DNA of 64,000 bases, from the NCBI GenBank assembly GCA_035546295.1, contig DATKBT010000030.1, positions 17,134 to 81,133 on the forward strand. Reading direction: 5' to 3'. Of the stretch, positions 48,672 to 58,649 are shown piece after piece. Below the pieces are notes generated by a model. That model was given only the letters and a program-made list of their open reading frames with translations. It did not search any database and had not been told where the DNA came from. Source of the stretch: Thermoanaerobaculia bacterium (GTDB lineage: Bacteria > Acidobacteriota > Thermoanaerobaculia > Multivoradales > Multivoraceae). How positions within the stretch are numbered: position 1 is the stretch's first letter; every line of letters starts with the position of its first letter. Made by a program: the position numbers and the translations under genes.

Positions 48672-50192
48672 ATGAGCAGACCGACCGGCTCCGAGCTGAT
48701 GGAGAGGATCGTCGCGCTGGCGAAGCGGCGCGGCTTCGTCTTCCCGGCGTCCGAGATCTACGGCGGCGTCAACGGCTTCTGGGACTACGGCCCGCTGGGC
48801 GTCCAGCTCAAGAACAACCTCCGTGACGCCTGGTGGCACGACACCGTGCTCTGTCCTCCGATCGGGCCCGACGGCCATCCGGTCGACGTCGTCGGCCTGG
48901 ACTCGGCGATCATCCAGAACCCGCGGGTGTGGGAGGCGAGCGGACACGTCGCCGGGTTCTCGGACCCGATGGTCGACTGCCGGGAGACCAAGGCCCGCTA
49001 TCGCGCCGATCACCTCCAGGTGCTCCTCTTCGATGGCGCCGGGGAGGGGGAGCAGGCGCTGCTCGTCTTCGTCGAAGGCGAGCCCGAGCCGGCGCTCAAG
49101 CGGGCGCAGAAGGTGCTGAGGCGCAAGGTCGACCTCGACGAGGCCCAGCGGATGCCGTTCTCGTCGTTGAGCGCAGACCAGCGGGAGCGGGTGTGGGCGC
49201 CCGGCGCCTCGGAGCCGGGAACGCTGACCGCCCCGCGTGAGTTCAACCTCATGTTCCGGACCAGGATCGGCGCCACCAGCGGCGACGACAACGTCGCCTA
49301 CCTCCGGCCCGAGACCGCCCAGGGAATCTTCCTCAACTACAAGAACGTCGTCGACACGACGAGGGTGAAGATCCCCTTCGGCATCGCCCAGGTCGGCAAG
49401 GCCTTCCGCAACGAGGTCACGCCGCGCAACTTCATCTTCCGCAGCCGCGAGTTCGAGCAGATGGAGATGGAGTGGTTCTGCGAGCCCGAAGAGGCGCCGA
49501 GGTGGTTCGAGTTCTGGGTGAACGAGCGGCTGGAGTGGTGGAAGTCGGTGGGAGTCTCCGAGGCCAATCTCCGGCTGCGCAAGCACGAGGCGGACGAGCT
49601 GGCCCACTACGCCAAGAGCGGTGAGGGGACCTACGACGTCGAGTACCGCTACCCGTTCACGGAACCCGGGTTCGGCGAGCTCGAGGGAATCGCACACCGG
49701 GGCTGCTTCGACCTCGAGCAGCATCAGGAGTGGAGCAAGACGAAGCTCGAGGCCTTCGATCCTCAGACCCAGAGGCGGTTCCTGCCCCACGTGATCGAGC
49801 CGGCGAGCGGGCTGACCCGCGGGGTCCTGGTGCTGCTCTGCGAGGCGTACGACGTCGATCCCGAGCGACCTTCTCCCGAGATCATGCGCTTTCCCCCGCG
49901 TCTGGCGCCGATCAAGGCCGGGATCTTTCCACTGGTCGCCAAGGCCGGAATGCCCGAGATCGCCGAGAAGCTCTACTTGGACCTGAGGGCGCGCTTCCCT
50001 GCTCAGTTCGACGTCAAGCAGTCGATCGGCAAGCGCTACGCGCGCATGGACGAGGCCGGGACACCCTACTGCTTCACCATCGACGGCCAGTCGGTCGAGG
50101 ACCAGACCGTCACGGTTCGCGATCGGGACACGGGGAGCCAGGAGCGGATCGCGCTCGACGCAGTGGCGGGCTTCCTGAGCGAGCGCGTGTGA
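48672..50192 (+). CDS. glyQS: Glycine--tRNA ligase, homodimeric alpha2 type
   Basis: KRRGFVFPASEIYGG, FNLMF, YLRPETAQGIF, QVGKAFRNEVTP, FRSREFEQME, HVIEP, SIGKRYARMDEAGTPYC. Confidence 0.96.
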   Translation: MSRPTGSELMERIVALAKRRGFVFPASEIYGGVNGFWDYGPLGVQLKNNLRDAWWHDTVLCPPIGPDGHPVDVVGLDSAIIQNPRVWEASGHVAGFSDPMVDCRETKARYRADHLQVLLFDGAGEGEQALLVFVEGEPEPALKRAQKVLRRKVDLDEAQRMPFSSLSADQRERVWAPGASEPGTLTAPREFNLMFRTRIGATSGDDNVAYLRPETAQGIFLNYKNVVDTTRVKIPFGIAQVGKAFRNEVTPRNFIFRSREFEQMEMEWFCEPEEAPRWFEFWVNERLEWWKSVGVSEANLRLRKHEADELAHYAKSGEGTYDVEYRYPFTEPGFGELEGIAHRGCFDLEQHQEWSKTKLEAFDPQTQRRFLPHVIEPASGLTRGVLVLLCEAYDVDPERPSPEIMRFPPRLAPIKAGIFPLVAKAGMPEIAEKLYLDLRARFPAQFDVKQSIGKRYARMDEAGTPYCFTIDGQSVEDQTVTVRDRDTGSQERIALDAVAGFLSERV

Positions 50193-50265
50193 GGCCGATC
50201 GCCGGCGTCCGGCAGCGGAGAGGTGAGCGTCCCACCTCGCGGGCGTCGGGACGGCCGACGGCATG

Positions 50266-50322
50266 CGGGGCGCTCAGCGCCAGTCGGGGCGCTCAGCGCC
50301 AGGCGGGGCGCCCAGCGCCATG
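50266..50322 (+). repeat. Tandem repeat, 19 bp x 3 (CGGGGCGCTCAGCGCCAGT); each unit is a small hairpin
   Basis: Read directly; GGCGCT-C-AGCGCC is self-complementary. Confidence 0.9.
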
Positions 50323-50481
50323 CGGCCAGGGCCCCAGGGGAGGAACAGGAAGTCGGGCACGAGAAGCCAGAAACACGAAGGGCGCCTGCCGGATCGGCAC
50401 GCGCCCTGGTGTCACTTCGACGCGCCGAAATGGCGCAAAGCCGATTGGCTCCGGCTGAGAAGTGTTCAGCCGAGTGGGATA

Positions 50482-50644
50482 TGGAGAGAGGAGGCTTCAG
50501 ATCTTGGAGGGGCGTTCGAGTGATTGACCCCTGTCGGCCGCACCCGGACGGGGGGCACAAGGGGGTGGGGTAGGCAATCGCTGGAGGGATTGTCGAGGTG
50601 GGATTCGTATCGGTGAGGAAGCCTCCTCCTTGAGGTTCTCTCCA
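50482..50644. ncRNA. Candidate structured RNA: long irregular hairpin with a central bubble
   Basis: GAGGAGGCTTC (50488-50498) pairs with GAAGCCTCCTC (50618-50628); outer TGGAGAGA / TCTCTCCA; inner GATTG / CAATC plus a C-run/G-run. Family not recognised. Confidence 0.35.
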
Positions 50645-50670
50645 ATCTAACGTCAGCGAAAGCAATCAGC

Positions 50671-51090
50671 ATGCCAGACTCGAGGTTCCGCTCGCCCGCC
50701 CCGGGTGCCCGCCGTCCACCCGGCCGCGCCGGCAGCGCCGAGAGCCCCCGCGCCCCCAGTTCCCTCTATCGGGCGATCTATCGCGTCGTCGCCCGGATCC
50801 CGGCGGGGCGGGTGAGCACCTACGGCGAGGTGGCTCGGCTCGCCGGCTTTGCGGGGGCCGCCCGCCAGGTGGGCTATGCGCTCCACGCCCTTCCAACCGA
50901 CGCAGGGATTCCCTGGCACCGCGTGATCAACGCGCGCGGTGAGGTGAGTGCGCGCTCCGAAGAGGGTCCCGAGCATCTCCAGCGGGCTCTCCTGGAGGAG
51001 GAAGGGATCGAGTTCGACCTCCGCGGTCGCTGCGACCTCTCGCGATGGCTCTGGAAGCCGCGAGCCCGAGGCCGAGATTCCTCCCGCTGA
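50671..51090 (+). CDS. Alkyltransferase-like protein (ATL/YbaZ, MGMT family)
   Basis: IPAGRVSTYGEVARLAG, ARQVG, PWHRV (Trp in place of the PCHRV Cys), LLEEEG. Confidence 0.92.
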   Translation: MPDSRFRSPAPGARRPPGRAGSAESPRAPSSLYRAIYRVVARIPAGRVSTYGEVARLAGFAGAARQVGYALHALPTDAGIPWHRVINARGEVSARSEEGPEHLQRALLEEEGIEFDLRGRCDLSRWLWKPRARGRDSSR

Positions 51091-51411
51091 GCGGCTGCCG
51101 TCGGCGGTTGGGAGTCGGCCATCCCGGCGGGAAATCGCCCACCGCCGCCGGCAGGGGGGTCCGCCATCGCCGGCAGGGGTCCGCCGGCCGGCCGACGATC
51201 GTGTCGGATTCCGAAACCCGAGACAGCGCCCCAACGTTAGGGCTCTCGACGAGGGCTTCGGCTCGACGACGGCCGTTCGCGCCGCAGCCCGCCCGCGCGG
51301 CCCACGCTTCCGCGCTATACTTGGTTCTTGGTCCGCGAGAACGTAGACTGTTCGGACACTCCGCGGTACGGGGTGGAGGCGTCGTTGGACTTGGTGTGAG
51401 GAGATCTCGGC

Positions 51412-52560
51412 ATGAGTGAGTCCACGGGCATCGTGGGAGTCGGCAGCCAGACGACAGTTTCGTCTGCCACTGGCATCGCGTCTCTCGGCATTCACCTGCC
51501 ACCGCTCGCCATGCGGGTGGAGGATCTGGCTCGCCTGCGCGGCGTCGATCCCGACAAGTACCGCATCGGGCTCGAATGCGACGAGTTCGCGCTGTGCCCG
51601 CCAGGCTACGACGTCATCGATCTCGCCTCGGAGGCGGCGCGCCGCGCGCTCTCCCGGTGGGACGGCGACCTGTCGGACATCGGTCTGCTGGTGGTGGGCA
51701 CCGAGTCCGGGGTGGACATGAGCCGCCCCCTGTCCGCCTTCGTCGCCGACCGCCTCGACCTGAGGGGAGCGGTACGCTCGTACGAGGTCAAGCACGCCTG
51801 CTACGGAGGAACTCTGGCGCTTCGTCAGGCGCTCGAGTGGAGGCTCTCGGGAGCCGCCCGCGACAAGGCCGCCCTGGTGATCGCCGCCGACGTGGCGCTC
51901 TACGAGCAGGGAGATCCGGGCGAGCCGACGCAGGGCGCCGGCGCGGTGGCGTTCGTCATCCACCGTCCGGACGTCGCCAGCATCGAGACGGTCTCCTACC
52001 CGTGGAGCGAGCCCGTGTTCGACTTCTACCGGCCGATCGGCGACAGCTTCCCGACGGTCGACGGCAAGCTCAGCCTCGAGTGCTACAAGCGGGCCGCCGA
52101 ACAGTGCTTCCGGATGCTGCTGGACGGCGAGGATCCGGAGAAGATCCTCGAGCGTTTCGAGGCCCTCTGCTTCCACGTTCCCTTCCCCAAGATGGTGCGC
52201 AAGACCGTGGTCCGGCTCGGCGAGGTGTTCGGCTGGACGGCCGAGAAGGCCACCGCCTTCTTCAAGGAGAAGGTCGAGCCGACGATGCTGTGGAACAAGG
52301 TGAGCGGCAACTCCTACACCGCGAGCCTCTGGATCTCGGTCGCCAACGCCCTCAAGGGGCTCCATGACGGCAAGCGCATCGCGGCCTTCTCCTACGGCTC
52401 GGGCTTCGGCTCCGAGCTGATCTCACTGGTGGCGGGCCCGCGCGCCGCGGAGGGCGCCTGGGCGATCGACATCGAGAGGGACCTCGAGCGCCGGCGCAGG
52501 GTGGACGCCGAGCACTACCGGCGGATCCGGAGCGTCAGGCCCGCGCTGGTCAGCGCCTGA
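51412..52560 (+). CDS. Hydroxymethylglutaryl-CoA synthase family protein
   Basis: GTESGVD (Glu), EVKHACYGGT (Cys), EPTQGAGAVA, FHVPF (His), GNSYTASL, FSYGSG. Confidence 0.9.
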   Translation: MSESTGIVGVGSQTTVSSATGIASLGIHLPPLAMRVEDLARLRGVDPDKYRIGLECDEFALCPPGYDVIDLASEAARRALSRWDGDLSDIGLLVVGTESGVDMSRPLSAFVADRLDLRGAVRSYEVKHACYGGTLALRQALEWRLSGAARDKAALVIAADVALYEQGDPGEPTQGAGAVAFVIHRPDVASIETVSYPWSEPVFDFYRPIGDSFPTVDGKLSLECYKRAAEQCFRMLLDGEDPEKILERFEALCFHVPFPKMVRKTVVRLGEVFGWTAEKATAFFKEKVEPTMLWNKVSGNSYTASLWISVANALKGLHDGKRIAAFSYGSGFGSELISLVAGPRAAEGAWAIDIERDLERRRRVDAEHYRRIRSVRPALVSA

Positions 52561-52648
52561 CGCCGCTCCAGGTTCTCCATCCCTCCGATCGTCGCGCAGC
52601 GGCCGAGGCAGGGCGGAGCGGTCAGCGGCCGCGACAACGCGGTCGCGA

Positions 52649-53995
52649 TCAGCGCTCGCGTTGCAGGAAGCGCAGCAGGGTCGCGTGCAGCTCGGGATCG
52701 AGCGCCACCTGGAAGTGTCCGCCGTCGATCTCGACGGTCTCCACCAGCGCGGCCCGCTCCTGCGCCGACAGAGCCCGCTGGCTGCTGGCGGTGGCGTGCC
52801 CGTCCCCCGGCTCCGAGACCAGGGCGAGCAGATCGGCGTCGCGATCCACCCGCCGGTCGCCCGCGAACAGCAGCCGGCCACGGGGTCCGACCACGATGCG
52901 GCTCGGAGTCGGTTGCGAGAGGTTCAGGATCTGGTAGATCGAGACGGGTCCGAGATCGGAGACCTCGGCGGCGAGCGCCGCGTTGGCGGCCCGCGAACGA
53001 TCGAGGGACTCCTGGAGGGCGTGGAGCTGGTCCTCGAGCGAGCCGAAGCGCCGTCGCCGGTCCGGACGGTCGAGACGGTCCTGCGACCTGGCCTTGAAAA
53101 TCGACCAGCCCCGCACCAGCCACGTGGTCGCGTCGTAGAGATCGAGATCGACGGGCCTTCCGCGCTCGTCGACGAAGAGCCGCGCCGTGCCGCTCGGCAG
53201 GTCTCCGAACAGCGAGGGCATCGAGGCGAGGGTCTCGGGGGTCATCCGCCGTCCGGCCGGCAGGTAGCGCCGTCCGCGGTCGAGCTCGCGCAGGGTGCGC
53301 ACGGCGCCGGCGTTGGAGGCCCCCACGAGCACCAGACGATCGATCCGGTAGCTCCGGTCGGGCCGGCGCAGCGGATCGCCCGGGAGCGGCAATGGAGAGC
53401 CGCCGTACTTCACGATCCAGCGACAGATCCGCGCGGCGTTGCTCTGGCAGACCAGATCGACCTCGTCGCGGTCGTTGACGGCCGCGATGCGCTCGAGCAG
53501 GACGTCGAGCGTCGCGGCGGTCTCGATGAGGTCGAGGCGCCAGTCGTAGCCGAACGGATAGAGCGTGGCGCCGGGCTGCGGATGCCGCGGGTCGCCGAGC
53601 ACGTAGCCGGCTGCGGTCATGGCCTCGAGCAAGGGACCGTAGATCGGGCGCGAGATGAACAGCAGCTCGATCTCGCGCAGCACCGCACCCCCCTCGAGGG
53701 TGTCGCTCGAGGCGAGCTGCGGGGCCAGCGGCAGCGCCAGCGCCCGGCCCCCGTCGCGCGGGAACAGCAACTGCCAGCCCCGGCCCCACACCACGCTGTC
53801 GCGCTTCGCGTCCTCGAGCTCGCTGCCGGTGACCCCCGGCACGAACACGACGGGGGTCGGTCGCGCCGCCGCGGGCGGGGGACCGTGGCCACCACCGGTG
53901 GGCGCGCCCGAAGCCGACGCAACGGCCGCACCGGCGAGGGCGACGAGGCTCGAGACGGCGAGCGCCCCGGCTCGCCGCGCTCTTCGGCCTGCCTG
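52649..53995 (-). CDS. LCAT/lipase-like alpha/beta hydrolase, probably exported; start unresolved
   Basis: VVFVPGVTGSEL, FGYDWRLD, VDLVCQSNAA, GDGHAT, GGHF. Signal-like RRARRAGALAVSSLVALAGAAVASA, but no in-frame ATG/GTG/TTG between 54010 and 53848. Confidence 0.65.
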   Translation of the reverse strand, partial: QAGRRARRAGALAVSSLVALAGAAVASASGAPTGGGHGPPPAAARPTPVVFVPGVTGSELEDAKRDSVVWGRGWQLLFPRDGGRALALPLAPQLASSDTLEGGAVLREIELLFISRPIYGPLLEAMTAAGYVLGDPRHPQPGATLYPFGYDWRLDLIETAATLDVLLERIAAVNDRDEVDLVCQSNAARICRWIVKYGGSPLPLPGDPLRRPDRSYRIDRLVLVGASNAGAVRTLRELDRGRRYLPAGRRMTPETLASMPSLFGDLPSGTARLFVDERGRPVDLDLYDATTWLVRGWSIFKARSQDRLDRPDRRRRFGSLEDQLHALQESLDRSRAANAALAAEVSDLGPVSIYQILNLSQPTPSRIVVGPRGRLLFAGDRRVDRDADLLALVSEPGDGHATASSQRALSAQERAALVETVEIDGGHFQVALDPELHATLLRFLQRER

Positions 53996-54019
53996 CGGGG
54001 CTGTGTTAGCGTGCCCGCG

Positions 54020-54535
54020 ATGACGGGGGAAGAAGGCTCCGAGATCGATTACGCCGGACGCATCGAGCGGGCGTTGCGTGGCGCGCTGCGAGAGCTCCTC
54101 GCGGAAGTGGCGGAGGATGGTCTTCCGGGCGAGAACCACTTCTACCTCTCCTTCCGCACCGACGCGCCTGGCGTCGTCCTGAGCGCCGAGCTGCGGGAGC
54201 TCTACCCCGACGAGATGACCGTGGTCCTGCAGCATCAGTTCTGGGATCTCGAGGTCGACGACGACTGCTTCTCGGTGACGCTGAAGTTCTCGGGCCGGCC
54301 GCAGCGGATCGCGGTCCCGTTCGAGGCGATGACGGCTTTCGCGGACCCCTGCGCCGAGTTCGGTCTGCGCTTCCAACAGCTCGAGGACGATCTCGCGGGC
54401 GCCTCGGGGCGACCGGCCCCGGCCCCGGAGGATGGCGCGAAAGCCGGTCGCACGTCCAGTCAGGCTGAGCCCAACGGCAACCCGAACGGCAACCCACACG
54501 GAAACGTCGTCAAGCTCGAAGACTTCCGCAGGTAG
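54020..54535 (+). CDS. sspB: ClpXP adaptor SspB (alphaproteobacterial-type)
   Basis: GLPGENHFYLSFRT, YPDEMTVVLQHQFWDL, VPF..FADP..FGLRF, C-terminal NVVKLEDFRR. Confidence 0.88.
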   Translation: MTGEEGSEIDYAGRIERALRGALRELLAEVAEDGLPGENHFYLSFRTDAPGVVLSAELRELYPDEMTVVLQHQFWDLEVDDDCFSVTLKFSGRPQRIAVPFEAMTAFADPCAEFGLRFQQLEDDLAGASGRPAPAPEDGAKAGRTSSQAEPNGNPNGNPHGNVVKLEDFRR

Positions 54536-54554
54536 CCTCGCGCGCCGGCTCTCT

Positions 54555-54630
54555 GCTGCCGAGCACCGAACAGGCTGCCGAGCACGGAACAGGCTGCCGA
54601 GCACCGAACAGGCTGCTCGAGCTCCGAAGA
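54555..54630 (+). repeat. Tandem repeat, 19 bp x 3 plus a degenerate fourth unit (GCTGCCGAGCACCGAACAG)
   Basis: Read directly, between the convergent sspB and TolB-like genes. Confidence 0.9.
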
Positions 54631-54711
54631 GGAGGGTCCCCCATCCGGGGTCGGGCCGGGCCTGCGCCCCCGGATCCGCGTCCTCGCGCGGCCACCGCTC
54701 CGTCGGCGGCT

Positions 54712-55971
54712 TCAGGGACGCTCGTCGAGCTCGAGCAGCACGATCGCGGGTTCTCCCTCGGTCACGCCGTGGACGACCTGCACCGCCAACCTGTTCCCGT
54801 CGGGGCTCCAGGCGAGGTCGCCCACCCAGGTGCGGCCCAGCCCCTCGGGGCTGTTCGGCTCGTTGAAACGCGTGAGCGGTCGCTTGTCCGCCCCGTCGAG
54901 CGCCATCAGCCAGACCTCGGCGGCATCCAGCCTCTCTCCCGTCTCGCTGCCCGGCGCGGGAGGTCCGAGAGCACCGGGTCGCTCGCTGGCGAAGGCGATC
55001 AGCGGGGCGCGAGGCGCGACGGCAGCGTAGCCGTCGGCGCCCCCCTGGGAGCGCGTGAGCAGGGTGGTAGCGCCGGTGGCGGGATCCAGGACGCCGATGT
55101 CGAGACCCCCCCTGCGACCGGGACGTTCGGCCGAGAACAACAGCCGCCGGTCGTCGGGGAGGAAGCCGTGGGAGACGACCAGCCCCGCGAGCTCGTCGCT
55201 CTGGTGCCGATCGGTGCTCTTGAGCCGGGGTACGCCGCGCTTGAGCACGATCTCGGCAGTGCGGAGCTGCCACACCCCCCAGGCTCCCTCCCGGCTCCTC
55301 GTCCGCTCGCTCCAGACCAGCCGTTCCCCCTCGAACGAGACGTGGGGATCGAGCGCGGCCGAGCCCATGTCGGTGAGCCGGGTGAGTTGCCAGTACGCCT
55401 TGCCGTCGGCACGGATCAGCCAGACGTCGCTCCACAGCCCGCGCTCCGGTCCGAGCAGATCCGCGGCCCCGAGCCCGAGCTTCTTCGCATTCTCCTGGCG
55501 CTGGAAGACCAGCCACTCCCCCGCCGGGTTCCACTCCGGGTTGATCGCGTGGGCTCCCCGGAACTCGTAGCTCTCGCAGGTCAGACAACGCTCGCCCCCG
55601 GACGCGAGATCGTGGATCCAGAGATCGAACAGACCGTCCGTTCCGGCGCGGTCGAAGGCCAGGCGATCCCCCTGCTTCGACCAGTCGACGCGCCCGCCGC
55701 CCTCGACGACCACGCGCGCGGAGCGGACGATGGGCCCGGTTCCCGGGACCGGCTGTCCGGCGAGGGGCGCGATCGCGCCCAGCATGAGCAGCGAGCCGCA
55801 GAGCAAGCGGGCCGATGCACAGCTCCCGACCGAGCCCCGGCGTCGCCGTGGCGCTGGCGCCGCTGCGAAGCGCGCGCGCGCGCGCTTCGCGGTGCGAGCA
55901 GGTTGCGGGTGGTCGAGAGCGAGCTCGTCAGGGGCGACAGCCGCCTGAGCGTCGTCGAGGGTTGATGTCAT
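54712..55971 (-). CDS. TolB-like beta-propeller (PD40) exported protein; true start probably 55780-55860
   Basis: VDWS..GDRLAF, NPEWNPAGEWLVF, VWLMALDG, LAWSPDGNRLA. Confidence 0.75.
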   Translation of the reverse strand: MTSTLDDAQAAVAPDELALDHPQPARTAKRARARFAAAPAPRRRRGSVGSCASARLLCGSLLMLGAIAPLAGQPVPGTGPIVRSARVVVEGGGRVDWSKQGDRLAFDRAGTDGLFDLWIHDLASGGERCLTCESYEFRGAHAINPEWNPAGEWLVFQRQENAKKLGLGAADLLGPERGLWSDVWLIRADGKAYWQLTRLTDMGSAALDPHVSFEGERLVWSERTRSREGAWGVWQLRTAEIVLKRGVPRLKSTDRHQSDELAGLVVSHGFLPDDRRLLFSAERPGRRGGLDIGVLDPATGATTLLTRSQGGADGYAAVAPRAPLIAFASERPGALGPPAPGSETGERLDAAEVWLMALDGADKRPLTRFNEPNSPEGLGRTWVGDLAWSPDGNRLAVQVVHGVTEGEPAIVLLELDERP

Positions 55972-56051
55972 TCGTGGGCTCCGTGCTCGGCCGGCGCGGG
56001 CCGGCGCTCGAGTGGCAGCGCCATTTGCGCCGCGAGGCTACACTGCCGCGG

Positions 56052-57293
56052 ATGGATCGCGTCGGAAGATCGCGTCTGCTCCGGGCGCTGCCGCCGATCG
56101 CAGTGACCCTGGCCATTTTCGCCCTGGCCCCGGCGGGCAGTTACGTCACGAGCTGGGCGCGGTCGATGCCGAGCGTGGCGATTCCGCTGCTGAGCGCGGC
56201 CTTCTTGCTCGCGGCGACCGGGTTTCTGATCTGGGCCGTGCGCAGGATGCGCTTCCAGCTCGCGCGCAGGCTGCCGTGGGTGCTGACGGCGATCGGCCTG
56301 GTGGCGCTCCAGCAGCTCCTGAGCGAGCGTGGAACGGCGCTCGAGCGCACGGTCGAGCGCATGCACTTCCTGCTCTTCGGCGCCCTGGCGGCCGCCACCT
56401 TCCTCGCCCTGCGCCCGCCGAGCCGAAGGGCGGACGAGAGCCCTCCAGGTGGGCGCGCCACCGCCGGGCTGACGCTGGTCGTGGTCGCCTGGGTCGCCGT
56501 CCTCGACGAGCTGCTGCAGGACCTCTTGATGGCGCGCACCGGAGACGCCTTCGACGTCGGTCTCAACCTGTTCTCGGGCCTGATCGGGGTGATCGCCTCG
56601 GCTGGACTCTTCCCCATGCGCTGGAGCGGCGCCGCGCCACGGCGGCGGTGGCGAACCGCCCTCTGGCTGCTGGTGCCGTTGCCCCTGCTCCTCGCCCTGT
56701 TCCTCGAGTCGGCGCACCTCGGGTCGCGCATCGAGGCGAAGGGGCTCGGCGTCTTCCATTCGTTCTACTCCTCCGCGGCCGCGCTCGAGCGCGCGAACCG
56801 AGATCGCCAGCGCCGATGGCAGCGGCGGCTGCCGCCACAGCCGCCGTTCGAGTGGTGGGTGCTGCAAGACGACTTCCTGGTCGAGGGGGGATGGCACGTC
56901 CACGCGCGGAACCTCGCCCTCGAGCAGGGCGATCTCGAGACGGTCTGGATCGAGAACACGATCGTCGAGCGGTTCTATTCGGCCATGCTCGACGCCCCGT
57001 TTCCGGAGGATCGCCACCCCTACCGGCTCAAATCGTGGGATCTCGAGCGTCTGAACGCCGCCGGGATCGGCGCGGGCGCGCTGCCGAGAGCACAGGACGT
57101 CGAGGGCGGGCGCGTGATCAGCCGGGCCGACCGCGGGCGGATCTGGGTGTCGCCGAGCCGCGCGCAGACGTGGTCCTCGGCGATCGTGCTGAGCCTGGTC
57201 GCAGGCTTCTTCGCCCGATCGCGTCGAGCCGGCACTTCCGGCGAGCGGGCGTCGGCCGCTGCCGCGGCCGGGAGCCGCGCCGCCCGCAGGTGA
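56052..57293 (+). CDS. Multi-TM membrane protein with a VanZ-like domain (alternative start 55965)
   Basis: ERMHFLLFGAL..VLDELLQ..RTGDAFDVGLN; several TM segments; soluble C-terminal region. Confidence 0.65.
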   Translation: MDRVGRSRLLRALPPIAVTLAIFALAPAGSYVTSWARSMPSVAIPLLSAAFLLAATGFLIWAVRRMRFQLARRLPWVLTAIGLVALQQLLSERGTALERTVERMHFLLFGALAAATFLALRPPSRRADESPPGGRATAGLTLVVVAWVAVLDELLQDLLMARTGDAFDVGLNLFSGLIGVIASAGLFPMRWSGAAPRRRWRTALWLLVPLPLLLALFLESAHLGSRIEAKGLGVFHSFYSSAAALERANRDRQRRWQRRLPPQPPFEWWVLQDDFLVEGGWHVHARNLALEQGDLETVWIENTIVERFYSAMLDAPFPEDRHPYRLKSWDLERLNAAGIGAGALPRAQDVEGGRVISRADRGRIWVSPSRAQTWSSAIVLSLVAGFFARSRRAGTSGERASAAAAAGSRAARR

Positions 57294-57314
57294 CGGCGAG
57301 CCGAGCCACGTCGA

Positions 57315-58421
<1,107 letters not shown>

Positions 58422-58649
58422 GGCGCCGGTCCTCGAGGGTCGTGGGAGGGGATCGAGGCGTGCGCAGTCTATCGGAGCCCCTGGAGCACGGCTCGAAGCG
58501 GTCGTGGATCGGCTGAGCCATCGGCCTCGAAGCGCCGGCGACGCGCTTCGCTGGAAGCAGGGGGTGCGGTAGTTTCCGGATGGCTCTGGCAAGCCGAACC
58601 GTCCGTCGCGGCCAGAGCTCGAGAGCCCGACGGATCCGAGGGCGACCCG

